64,000 bases of DNA from the human T2T-CHM13v2.0 reference genome, Homo sapiens. The translations under genes were made by a program, and so were the position numbers. This document shows, piece after piece, positions 31,023 to 45,300 of this stretch; position 1 is the first letter of the stretch; each line of letters starts with the position of its first letter. The notes below the pieces were generated by a model. It was not told the origin of the DNA and did no database searches. It worked only from the letters and a program-made list of their open reading frames with translations. Where the stretch lies: assembly GCF_009914755.1 (NCBI RefSeq), contig NC_060940.1. One strand, written 5' to 3'.

Positions 31023-32509
31023 GGACTTGCCTCCAGGTTAGCTGCCTCCCCAAGCAGCTTTGGGGGTACAGAATGACCGACCAGTGTGGGATCCCAAACA
31101 TCCTATCCCCTTGCCTGAAAGTGGGACGAGGCTGAAGCTGACCTCTCGCTGAGACCACCTCATTCGGCCCCGTCCTCTGCTGCCACGTCCTTCTTCCTGG
31201 TACCCCCCTTCTCCAGCCCCAAATAAGTCACGTTCACAGGATCCCCAGCTCAGGCTCTGCTCCTGGAGAAGCTGCCCTCAGAGGCTGCGTTGCCGATTCC
31301 TTTTTCAACGGAGAGGCTGCAGCGTGTGGCAGGTGCCACCATCTCTTGGAGTGAGGCAGCCTCAGGGGCTCTGTCCGGGGCTGCAGCCTGATTGGTGATC
31401 TTTGCACGCCCCTTCTCTGCCCTGGCTGGGCCATATGCCACATGGGGCGTGAGGGGCCTGCAACACAAGTCCCTCTGGGGGCTCGTGATGTGGTTGAGCT
31501 GGAAGATACATTCTGGAACATCTAAGACCCCAGCCACTGTCCTGAGTCTGGATGCCGCGGGTGCCGGGCATGGGGGCTCTGGGCCCGGGCCCTGGGGTGC
31601 TTGGAGGTGCTGTGGAGGAGGGGTGGGGCTGGCTTGGAGCCCATGGGATTCGATTGGAGGGTGGGAGTGTGAGAGAGGAGAGAGCGTGAACAGAGCCTTG
31701 GACAGAAAAGCCTGGAAGGATCAGGACCCTTTGGGGGGTGGCGGGTGAAGGTGGCGGGGTGTGGGGATACCCTGGGGACGGACAGGTCACTTGAGGCTAC
31801 AGGACTTTGAATTCCACACTTAGTTTGGATCCCACCCTCTGGTGTGGGGCGTGTGAGTGGAGGGGGCCTGGCTAGGGAAAGGGGGGGGGCAGTGGGGAGT
31901 GGAGGGCTGCTTCGCTCCGAGAGATGGCGGCACCTGCCACCCGCTGCAGCCTCTCCGTTTAAAAAGTGACTGGCAGAACAGGAGCAGCTGCTGCCAGCTC
32001 CTGTCCATTTTGTCCTCTGAAAAGAGAGGTCGGGGTGGCCAGGTCCTCATTTTTCAGGAGACAGAAGAGAGCTGAATTTTTATGTGAAATCTCTTGGTTT
32101 TGAGTTGTTAGCAGGTAATTCCAATGTTTTATGAAAACAGCGGTGGGACGAATAAAACCTACGTATCAGTAAGTCTCGGCCTCCAGGCCTCTGGTCTGCA
32201 GCCTGTGCCACCGTGAGTTGGAAGAGTGGTGGACGGACTCTGTTCTCCCCGCAAAAGCCCTTTCCAGGGTGGCACATCCACGCCGTTAGTGCCCGGCTGC
32301 AGGGAGAAGCTCAAATGACAAATGAGGCTTGAGGTTTGCCGCGTTGGGCGTCGTGCTGAGGCCCAGCCGTCCTCACGGTGACCTTTGGCATGAGGAGTCC
32401 TGGTTCCACTCTACAGACGAGGACACTGAGGGCCAGCGGGGCCCAGAAACTTCCCTGAGTCACAGCTTACAGAGCAAGACATGGGCCCAGGTCTGCTGAC
32501 CGGGTTTCC

Positions 32510-33030
32510 TTTTTATTTTATTGTGGTAAGAGAAATACAGAATGTACCACGTTAGCTACTTTTAAGTATACAATTCAGTGGTATTAATTACCTTCACGGT
32601 GTTAGGTAGCTGTCATCACTGTTTACCTCCAAGGCTTTCCCATCATCCTACTGCAAAACTCTGTCCCTATTCAACACTGACCCCACAACCCTCCCCAGCC
32701 CCTGCACCCACCGCGCTTTCTGCATCTCTGAGCGTGACTACTCTAAGGACCCCGTGTACATGGAATCATCCGATATGTGGCCTTTTGTGCCCAGCTCAGT
32801 TCACTCTGTGTAATGTCTTCAGCGTTCATCCACATTGCAGCCTGTGTGAGAATGTTCTACCTTTTCAAGGCTGAATGATGTTCCATCGTATGGACGGACC
32901 GCATGGCGTCTGTCCATTTACCAGGTGATGGACTTGTGGGTTGCCTTTCCCTTTCCAGCCATGGAAACAGTGCTGCTGAGAACCCAGGTGCACAGGCAGC
33001 TGCTGCAGTCCCCACCCTCCCTTCTTCTGG
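32510..33030 (-). mobile_element. Old L1MB-like 3' fragment
   Basis: ttttaagtatacaattcagtggtattaattaccttcac...ttttcaaggctgaatgatgttccatcgtatgg. Confidence 0.8.
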
Positions 33031-33491
33031 GGATATCAGGTCTGCTGATTTTATGTCTGAAGGTCATGGGCCACTGTCCCTTCCCTATGCCCTTGAATCT
33101 CTTCCATGGTGTGTCCACTGTGTGGTCTTCCTGGATACCTCCAGCAATGGGGAGCTCACTGTCTCCCAGAGCAGCCCATTCAGGGCTTAGTGTGTAGCCC
33201 ACACCTGTGTCCCTGTAGCTGCCACTCATTAGCCTCCTAACCCAGGACGCGTTTCCTTGTGCCCTTGGCAGGGGCTCCGTATTCACTCTGGGTTCTGTGG
33301 TCCTCACTCTGCACCACAGACTCTGATGCCTCCCTTCTCCCTCCCCGATTTCCAAGAGAGAACAAGATCTAGCCATGAGAAGCAGGATGGAGGTGTCTTC
33401 AAAAACAGCCACTGGTGATAGAAGTTGTAGGAAGGTACCATGGTCTGTCTGCCTCCACGCAAACCTCACCAGGTTTCATCAAGATAGCACA

Positions 33492-33788
33492 CCAGGAGTG
33501 GTGTGGCTCATGACTGTAATCACAGCACTTCTGGAGGCTGAGGCAGGATCACTTGAGCCCATGAGTTAGAAACCAGCCTGGCCAACATAATGAGACTGCC
33601 ATCTCTACAAATAATTTACAAAGTAGTGGAGCATGGTGGTGCACGCCTGTAGTCCCAGCTGCGCAGGAGGCTGAGGCAGGAGGATCGCCTGAGCCCAGGG
33701 GTTCCTGGCTGTCGTGAGCTGTGATGGTCTCACTGCACTCCAGCCTGGGCAACACAGCGAGAACCTGTCTCAAAAAACACAAAACAAC
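33492..33788 (+). mobile_element. Alu (AluJ-like), about 100 nt upstream of the exon-2 acceptor
   Basis: gtggctcatgactgtaatcacagcac...gaggatcgcctgagcccagg...ctgcactccagcctgggcaacac. Confidence 0.92.
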
Positions 33789-33891
33789 AGGAAGCTCAGA
33801 CAGGACTGTGGCTGCTTCAACCCTGTCCGTGGCCAGGCTGTGCCCCCTCCTCTGTCGCTGGGCACTCACCCCTCTCTCATTTTCTCCCCAG

Positions 33892-34669
33892 GGACCTACC
33901 AGGGCCAGTGGGTCGGTGGCATGCGCCAGGGCTACGGCGTCCGGCAGAGCGTCCCGTATGGCATGGCCGCGGTCATCCGCTCACCCCTGAGGACGTCCAT
34001 CAACTCCCTGCGCAGCGAGCACACCAACGGCACGGCGCTGCATCCCGACGCCTCTCCGGCGGTGGCCGGCAGCCCGGCCGTGTCCCGCGGGGGCTTCGTG
34101 CTCGTGGCCCACAGTGACTCCGAGATCCTCAAGAGCAAGAAGAAGGGGCTGTTTCGGCGCTCGCTGCTGAGTGGGCTGAAGCTGCGCAAGTCGGAGTCCA
34201 AGAGCAGCCTGGCCAGCCAACGCAGCAAGCAGAGCTCCTTTCGCAGCGAGGCGGGCATGAGCACCGTCAGCTCCACGGCCAGCGACATCCACTCCACCAT
34301 CAGCCTGGGCGAGGCTGAGGCCGAGCTGGCGGTCATCGAGGACGACATCGACGCCACCACCACCGAGACCTACGTGGGCGAGTGGAAGAACGACAAACGC
34401 TCCGGCTTCGGCGTGAGCCAGCGCTCGGACGGGCTCAAGTACGAGGGCGAGTGGGCCAGCAACCGGCGTCATGGCTACGGCTGCATGACCTTCCCGGACG
34501 GCACCAAGGAGGAGGGCAAGTACAAGCAGAACATCCTCGTCGGCGGCAAGCGCAAGAACCTCATCCCCCTGCGGGCCAGCAAGATCCGCGAGAAGGTGGA
34601 CCGCGCCGTTGAGGCCGCTGAGCGGGCCGCCACCATCGCCAAGCAGAAGGCTGAGATCGCGGCTTCCAG
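33892..34669 (+). CDS. JPH3: Junctophilin-3 internal coding exon (exon 2, 778 nt; phase 1 start, phase 2 end)
   Basis: Translation [24 protein letters not shown]...[15 protein letters not shown]...[15 protein letters not shown]...[18 protein letters not shown] shows three MORN motifs, the Ser-rich joining region and the Ala-rich helix of junctophilins. [10 protein letters not shown] and SEHTNG match JPH3 rather than JPH1/2 as recalled. Acceptor ctctctcattttctccccag|GG at 33891/2, donor AG|gtagga at 34669/70, strong GC3 codon bias. Confidence 0.97.
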
Positions 34670-34700
34670 GTAGGAGGGCGAGGGGGCGGGGGGCCCTTCT
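33900..34700. other. CpG-rich island over exon 2
   Basis: Dense CpG (cggc, gcgc, ccgcg) relative to the CpG-depleted flanks, judged by eye. Confidence 0.7.
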
Positions 34701-37700
34701 TGGTGCCCAGAAGGTGTTTGTGAGCCCAGTCTGTTCAGTCCTGCTGTCGCTCAAGGCCTTGGGCTAGGCCCAGTTTGAGGCCTACACTGGTGTTTCTCAA
34801 ACTATGCCCCCATGGAACCCTAGGGTTCCCTGGAGGTTCTCAGAGGTGACTGTGGTCAGGATTGGTGCAGAGGAATGGTTGATTTGTGGGGGTGTAGAGG
34901 CCTACAGCCTCCTTAAACTGAGCAGTGTCTCTTTGTTCTATATGCTGATGTTTAGTGTAAAATATTGGTGAATAAAGAAGGTGGTCTGTTCCGTTAGTAC
35001 AATGCATTGGAGTGCTGCTGTGCTAGCTAGTAGGGGTGACACCACCAGGTGGGGGTGGCAGGTCCAGCACTGCAGGGCTGTGGGAGGTGGCTAGGAGCTG
35101 CCTCAGCTACCCAGACCTGCGATCTAGATTCTTCCGGGACCCTGGGAGATGGCAGCAGTTGGGAGGCCAATTCCGAGTGCCTGGCAAGGGGCTCATGCAG
35201 GCCTGGTGCTTTGGGGGCAGCCGCTGTTCTGAATCGGCTGCATGACTTACGGAATTTGGGGTCCAGTGGGGCCTCTAGGCCCTAAGGAATGGGTCCAGAG
35301 GTGACTGTGGGTGGGATCGACGTGGCTTTTGGGTACCTTTAGGGGTGGGTGCAGGATGGGGCCTTTAGGGCTGGAGGAAGGTGCCCAGGGTCTGGCTCCT
35401 GTGGAGGTGAGTGTGTGAGCCAGGGGCTGGTCCCCGCCAAGCTGTGGCTGGCAGGAGCCACCTGCTGCAGGTTGGAGGAAGTTCCCCTGTGGAAAGCCAC
35501 GGGCCCCACAGGTAGGCATTTGGGTTCTAAAGTAACTGAGGTTACTAAAGGGCTTTGTCAAGACTTGGGAAGGCATTTCAGAAAACCCAGAGCCTTTGCT
35601 TTCCACCGGCATTTGCTTTCCTGGGCCAGACGAGGGCCCTTGGGGTAGCCCGGAGAGTCTTGGGGCAGGGATCTGGGAGCTGCGGGGGAGTCCATGGGCT
35701 GCCCAGGCAGGAGGCTTCCCAGGGCACGTTCCCCTGCGTCTTTCTGGATGGCTTTGTGTTCTCAGCCAGGGGCAGACCTGGAGTTCCTCCAGGAAAGCTC
35801 CCAGCCTGGGTGCGGCTCAGCCCTTCCCGACCTGTCGCTAATTAAAGTTCAGCCCATTTGGTTCTGATTTTCAGTGACCTTTGATCTATAGTGAAAAACA
35901 AAAATGGTGGCTGCGGTTTGTTGGCAGAATATGTTGCTCGCGACTTCTATTGTTTTAGAGGGAATCAAGATCGATTCCAAGAAGCTGAAAGAAACATGGA
36001 ATTACTACCTGACACCGAGGTCCAAACTCGCTGTTTGCCCCTCCCTGCTCCCTCAGAAATGTTCAGGCAGGGAAATAAACAGCAGCCCACGTGTGACTAC
36101 TCATCTGGGGTTTTAAGAACAAATTAGAATCAGTAGTTATTTTTTCCATCATAAATGTAATACTTGTTCCACAGGAAAATAAATAACACTGAGAAGGGAG
36201 AAAGCAGCATTAGCTCTGGTCTGATGGATCGGCCGAGCGCTCTCCTTGGCATTTTGGTGAATTTCTTTCCTCTGTGTTTTGTTTTTCGACCCTTTCTATT
36301 TTGTATAGTTGCTTTTTTGACCCTAGTGGACAAGAAGCAGTTTTGGGGGCTGGGGGACAGCGGCGTCACGGAATTGAGGAAGCTCGTGGCAGCTTCCGTG
36401 TGACCTGCAGATTGGTTCATGAGTTCATTGGTTCATGAGTTCTCAGCAGCTCGAGGACTTAGTGGACAGTGCCCTGCAGGACTGAGCTTATTTCACAGCC
36501 TTGGCACTGGGTGGATGTCTGTAGGACTGGGGGGACCTGCGACCTGAGATAGTTTTCAGACGAATTCCCCTAGACATTAAGAGAAGCGGGTTCCCATTAA
36601 GGAGCCCAGGTGGCATGGACAGGGCTGGGGGCAGCACAGGTGAGGAGCTGCTCCAAGGCAGGTTGTCAGCCTCTCTGGACCTCAACTTCTAATCTCTGAA
36701 GGCCTGTGAAGCTTAGGTGGTAACAGCTCCCTTCCTGGGGCATCCAACCTCTTCCTGGGGTTTTGGGGGGCCCAGGGGCTCTGTGGAGCATTGCTGGGGG
36801 AGATGCCTACGTATAAGTGGGCATCATGCTGGGGTGAAAGCCCAGGGGCTGGGCCGGGAGGGCGAGACCTGAGACCCATGCAAAGGAGCCGGGGCCAGGG
36901 TGGGGTGGGCACGGCTCCTACTGAGTCCCCAGCCCTTGGGACGCTGGCCAGCCAGCCTTGGCATGGCCAGCGTCCCTGTGTCTCCTGGGGAGGCATTTTA
37001 CTTAATGGACAGAAGGACAGACAGACGGGTGGAGGGAGTGAGAGGGAAAGGATGGGTTTGCAGGCTGGTGCAGCTGTGAAACTGACGGAGCCCACCCCCT
37101 GCCAACCCCCCGACAGCCTTTGAGGCCCAGCAGCCCATGCTCCCTGGCAGGTTGCGGCTTGCCTTCTGCACTGGCGGAGTCCGAGCTGACTCCGTCCCTT
37201 CGCCCGAGCGGGCGTCGCGGGGAGGGAGGTGGTTCCTGCTTCCGCATGCGCACAACTGGGGTCTTGGATCGTAGCTCCTTTGTGAGAAAGGGACTGGCTC
37301 ACCCGCCATGTCCTGCTGTCCACACACACGGCTCTGCACACCACTCACGGCCTCCTCACCGCTGTGCACAGCCAGCACGTCCATGCGCACCTGTGGAGCC
37401 AGGGTGTACGGCTGCACAGGTGCGCCTAGGTGGAGGTCTCCAGGTCACTGGAACTTAAAGTGTCCAAGAGAGGAGGTGTCAGGCCTCAAAGGGGCACTAG
37501 GAACTGGCGTCTCACCCTTGCCTCTGAGACCCGCAGACCCACATCCAGCCTGGGCTGTCGTGGCTGAGTGCCCCAGGCCGGTCGCCTCCCCTCTCTGGGC
37601 TGGGTTCCCTGCTGAAGGGGGGCGGGGCTCCCTGCTCCCTGTAGTGGCCTCGGCGTGGGGCCGGGCCTGTGGTTGCACCATCTCCATTGGTGTCATCCTC

Positions 37701-39682
37701 CCCCAGCCCTGCTGTGACAGGCATGGGAGGCAGGTGTGTTTGTGAGCTCACTGGTGCGACCCTTGGAGGTGGGAGGCTACACAGTATTTTTGGTCATCAG
37801 AGGATGGAGGATGAGCCTGCATTCTGGGCTGCAGGGCCTGGAGCTGTGCTTTCTCAATGGACTTAGAATTTGGGGAAAAAAAAAAGGAAAAAAAGGAGGG
37901 AAGAGAGTCTGCCGCCCTGGAGAGTGAAGCTGATGAATGGCTGGCTCAGGCGCCCACAGCCCCAGGGCCAACCCTCCACTGGAGCATGAGAGCGGCCGCA
38001 CCACGTGGGCTGAGGAGTGACTGGCCCCGGGCGGGCTCCTGCCACTATCACAGTCGAGAGATGCGAGGGAGTTGTAGGGCAGCTGGCACTGTCCTCACCC
38101 GCCCCGGCCGGCAGGGCTTGTCAGGCCGCGTGAAGTGAGAAACGGTTTGCGGTGTCCTCCGCGGAGTGCCGGGCCCTTCCCCGGAGAGCAGCTCTGCAGG
38201 GAAGGGAAGTGGGTTTTCCTGGAAAACGGGGCGGGAGGTGTGGAGCTCGGAGAGACTGAGGTCCTGCACTGCTAAGGGGACTGGCCCCGGCCCTGGGCTG
38301 GGAGAGGGGGAGCTGGGACTCAGCCCAGGGTGGAGTCACCATGGGTTCTAAGGCACAGGATGGATACCCTCCTCGGCCATGTGACATCATTGTTTGGGAT
38401 GCGCCCAGTGTTCGGAGCCTTCGAGGCTCTCCAGGTGCCTGGAGGGCTTGTAGAAATGGTGGTCAGGCCCCACGCCCCAGACTTTGTCTCATCATGTCTA
38501 GGTGGGGGCCCCAGCACCTGCATGCTGACCTGGTCCCCAGGACGCAGATGCTGCTGGCCTGAGCGTCCCCGGCTGTCTCCTGTCTGGTGTGGGTGCTGCC
38601 GCCGGGAGGCCTTGGCCCCACGGGGAGATGAGGCATCACACACGCAGCCACAACACGGGTCGGAGGCAGAGTCCAGCCCAGCAAGGGTGTGGCAGTGGAG
38701 ACGAGGGAGGGGTGAAGCTGGTGGTTCCAGGAGGTTCCGTCTGGGTGAGACCCTCTGCTGCAGAGAGGGGCGGGAGCCAGTGGCCCCGCGGAGCTGAGGT
38801 CATGTGAGAAGGGGCTGCAGTCTCTTCTGTGTCATTCTCCTGTGGGGTCAGCCTCACCCCAGTGGGAACTCCCACTAGTGAAAGTCTGAGATGGCCCCAT
38901 CCTGCCGTGTCGCCTAGCAGTGCACCACAGGGCATTCGGCCCCTCCTGCCTTCACACACTCAAGACGTTTTCATGACTCATCTCCTGCCAGGAGGGCACA
39001 CACAGGGCACCTTTGCACGGCGCTGCCTGTCCTGAATGCCTCGCTGTCCCCGGGTGGACATAGGAATTCATCACAGTCCTCCTCGAAGCCCGGGTTGCTC
39101 TAGAAGATGAAACTCAATTGCTGTCCTTGATCTGCTGCTCACTAGAGGCCCTGGGTTGGGAATCGGAATGTAAATGTGTCACCCATCCTAGAGAAGAAAG
39201 TCCTGCAGTGTGACATGGCTTCATTTTCAACGGCTGAGACCCTCTGCCACAACAACTCTCACAGCCCCCTCATCCCCACCCGCCGTGGAAACCAAATAAA
39301 AGCAGAAAGCTCTGGTGGAAGCCGAGCTGGGGGCGATGGGGCAGATTGTAGCCCGTTTCTCCTTCCCGTCCCCCTCCCCACTTTGGCCCCTGGGACCTGC
39401 TCAGAACCCCAGGGTGAAGGTTCATGGCCCAGGAGACATCTCAAGTGTGACCCATTGGCTGCTTCTGCTGCGGGAGAGGGAGAGACGGGGTGGCCCATGT
39501 GAAAGCTATGCCTCCTGCAGCCCCGCGAAGCCTGCAAAAGCTCAGCCAGCATTTGATGGGATTGTTTCTGCTGGGACCCCCTCTCTGCTGCGTCTCGTGC
39601 AAACGTTGCTGTGAAGGGATGCCAAGGGGTTTTGCAAAGCAGAAACCCAAGCTGAGAGGAGGAGAAGGGATTGTTCTGGGGG

Positions 39683-42115
<2,433 letters not shown>

Positions 42116-42120
<5 letters not shown>

Positions 42121-42243
42121 TTCTTTTTCGTGACAGGGTCTTACTCTGCCGTCCAGGCCGGAGCGCAGTGGTGCCATCACGACTCACTGCAACCTTCACG
42201 TCCCGGGCTCAAGTGATCCTCCTGCTTCCGCCTTCCGAGTAGC
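42116..42243 (-). mobile_element. Partial Alu (right arm)
   Basis: gacagggtcttactctg...ccgagtagc, then unrelated sequence. Confidence 0.85.
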
Positions 42244-43324
42244 GTGTGGGGAGGGTGCACGCAGCTGGGCTAGGATGGCCTGGCTGGGGTCAGCCCCCGT
42301 CTGTCCTGGAGGCCAGGCAGGTGCGGAGCTTACGGAGGTGGCCACCTAGATGATGGTGCCTACTCTCGTGAGTTGAGGCCCTTGGATCTCTGGCAGTCAG
42401 CAGGACTGTGGTGGCAGCCGGTGTGCTGGTTGTCAGCTGATGTCCCTGTCTGTGATTTTTCCGTGTGAATGCAGCCTTGACTGGGCATGTAGATCAGAGG
42501 TGAGAAGTCCTGGGCACCTCTGCCACTCTTCTTCCTGCCCTGCACCCACTACAGACACAGCTAATTGGTGGCTGCGTTGAGAATCTTGTCACCAGGCAGG
42601 CTCTTCTGTCGGCTCAGGACTGTCCTGCGGGCATAGCAGGAAGTGAACTGCAGGGGGAGGTTGGGGCCTGGTTGCTGAGGAGGGCAGTGCGTGGTCTCCA
42701 AGCCAGTCAGTGCCTGGGGCGGGGACTAGAATTCTCACCCAGGCCTCTGCTCTCAGTCCTGTTCCTCCTCTCACATCCTTCACACCCAGGCTGGGCTCAG
42801 GGATCCTTGTTGATGATGGCCTTGAAATGTCCTCTGAACAGTGTGGCTCTGGGGGTGTGTAAAACCCAGGGTGATGCCTGCTCTGAAAGGGGCTTCCAGA
42901 TCCCTTTGTGTCTCCAGCACCTGCCGTGTGCCTGCCCCAAGCTGGGGTCTGTGAGCTGTGCCTTGGGGCCCCTGCCTGTCCCCGCTCTGCTCTCCGCTGT
43001 GGCTTGCTGGCTGCAGGGTTCTCCAGTGAGTGAGGGATCCCTGCTGGCCATGCCTGGAGCTGAGGGTGGAGGGAGGCCCAGCAGGAAGCCCCACAGGTAG
43101 GCCCCAGTGAGGGTGCATTATCTACAGGAAAGTTGCCTGGGACACTCTAGTGGGCCGTCTAGGAAATGCAGCCTTTAAGGACCTGAAATGGAGGGGGATA
43201 TTTTTAGTTTTTAAAATTTATTTCTCATTAAAATTATAACACAGCCTCGTAAAAATACTAAAACAGCGAGACAGATGTGTCAGGGGTTATGTATATGAAG
43301 GAGGTAGCACAGTTCTCATCACGG

Positions 43325-43625
43325 GTGTGCTTAGTGTCCCCCTAAAGTTCATGCCAGTGAATGTGATCGTGACTGTAATTGGAAATAGGGTCGTTGCAGA
43401 TATAATTAAGATGAGGTCCTTCTGGAGTCGAGTGGGACTGGTGTCCTTAGAGGAGAAGAGACACGGACACACAGAATGCCACGTGGGACAGAGGCCTGCT
43501 GTCTACACCCGTGCAGAGGAGACAACAAGGAGAGTGGGGCATGACCCCTGCCCACGACATTCGCCTCCAGGAAGGCAGCCAGCTGCCCATCTTTGGTGCG
43601 GTCATCTCTGCAGGCAACAGAATGG
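43325..43625. mobile_element. MaLR LTR (MLT1-like)
   Basis: gtgtccccctaaagttcatg...ttggaaatagggtcgttgcagatataattaagatgaggtc. Confidence 0.75.
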
Positions 43626-44983
43626 CAGAGTGGCAGTCTGATCACTCTACTCCATCGTGTGAGAGTCTCCAGGATGAAGACCAGGCTCCCCAGCAGGACG
43701 TGCGGCCCTCATGGAGTTCTGGCCTTGTTTTCGGCTGTTGCCTGGCTGATATTCTGCACATCTGCCCACCGTCCTCTGGGCGGTCCACGAATACATTGTG
43801 CCTTCCTCTTTGCATATGCTGGTCCCTCTGCTGGCAATGCCCTTCCTTCTTGGTGAGCTCCAATGCATCCCTCAAGACTCAGTTCAGATGCGCCTCTCTG
43901 GACTCATCCCCAACTCCCAGACGGGGTTGGCTGCTCCCTTTTTTCAGATCCTGAAACACTTACTTTTCCCCCTTTATGTGGGCATTTATCTGATAGTAGA
44001 GTTTTTCTGTACTGTTGGAATGGTGAGTTCCCTGAAGCTAGGTCAGCTTCCTTCTCAGCATTCAGCAGGCGGTGGGGGAGGAGGGAAGGAGAGGAACTTC
44101 CTAATAAAGATGAACACCTCTTTGTGGTTAGGTCAGACCAGCCTGTGCCTGTGCGACCTGGTGCAGACCTTCACCTCTCAGAGCCTCGGTTTCCTCATCT
44201 GAGCCTCAGGCACGACAATCTGCTAGACTCTGCTTCCCGGTGGCAGCTGGGGAATGGGATGGGAAGGAGCCCTGGGATGCTCAGGGCATCCCTGCCACCA
44301 GAATGTCCCCAGAGTCATGACCATCAGCACCTCAGCCTCGCTGCTTTTTCCTTGGGGTCCGCAGGGGCAGGACGGAAACCCCACACGCTCGCTGCGCAGT
44401 AAGCTGCAGGGGCTTCTCCAGCAGCACCTCTGAGGCCTGCCTACCACGTGGAGATGCTGCTCCCGTGGGCTCTGACCACCGCTCTGCCCTCTTCTCACAG
44501 GAACCAGCGACCACTCGGCCCGGCGTAACCACGCATGTCCACTGGTCACCTGGTGGCCTTCGACAGGAACGTGTGATAAATCCCTGCCGGAGTGCGGCTC
44601 CGGGAAAACACTGTCACCGCAAACCAGCTCCTCTTTGTTGCAGTCCCCCGGGGGCATGGCCCGGCAAGTTTCCTTAACCAGGGGCCAGTTTGCCTGGGGT
44701 CAGTGGGCAGCGCCTGGGAGTCGAGTGTCTCGAGTGGGGCTCTGCTTGGTTTCTCCTTGAAGGTCTGGCAGGGTCAGACCCTGCATCGGCAGTAACCGCG
44801 GAGATGGGAGAGCCGAGTCTGCCGCTGTGGGCTTCCTGGGCCTTCCCGCCACTCCCGCCAGGGCCCTTGGGCTGCATATTCGAGGCGCGCAGCCTGCCAG
44901 GCCCTCCGGCCTCCCTGCGTGGCCACCAGGGAAAATGGCTTCACTTTGCTGAGCCTCTGTCTCCCTGGTTACAAAACAAATAA

Positions 44984-45300
<317 letters not shown>

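Noticed and set aside
30810-31076. ORF with EVASDVDGS repeats
   Set aside because: Product of a 27-bp tandem triplication; no splice or homology support.
33714-33891. N-terminal extension of the 319-aa ORF
   Set aside because: It derives from an Alu tail and the acceptor pyrimidine tract. Real coding starts at the splice site, 33892.
33932-34754. Antisense ORFs of 257 and 143 aa over exon 2
   Set aside because: Shadow ORFs expected from the high GC3 of the real exon; no independent signals.
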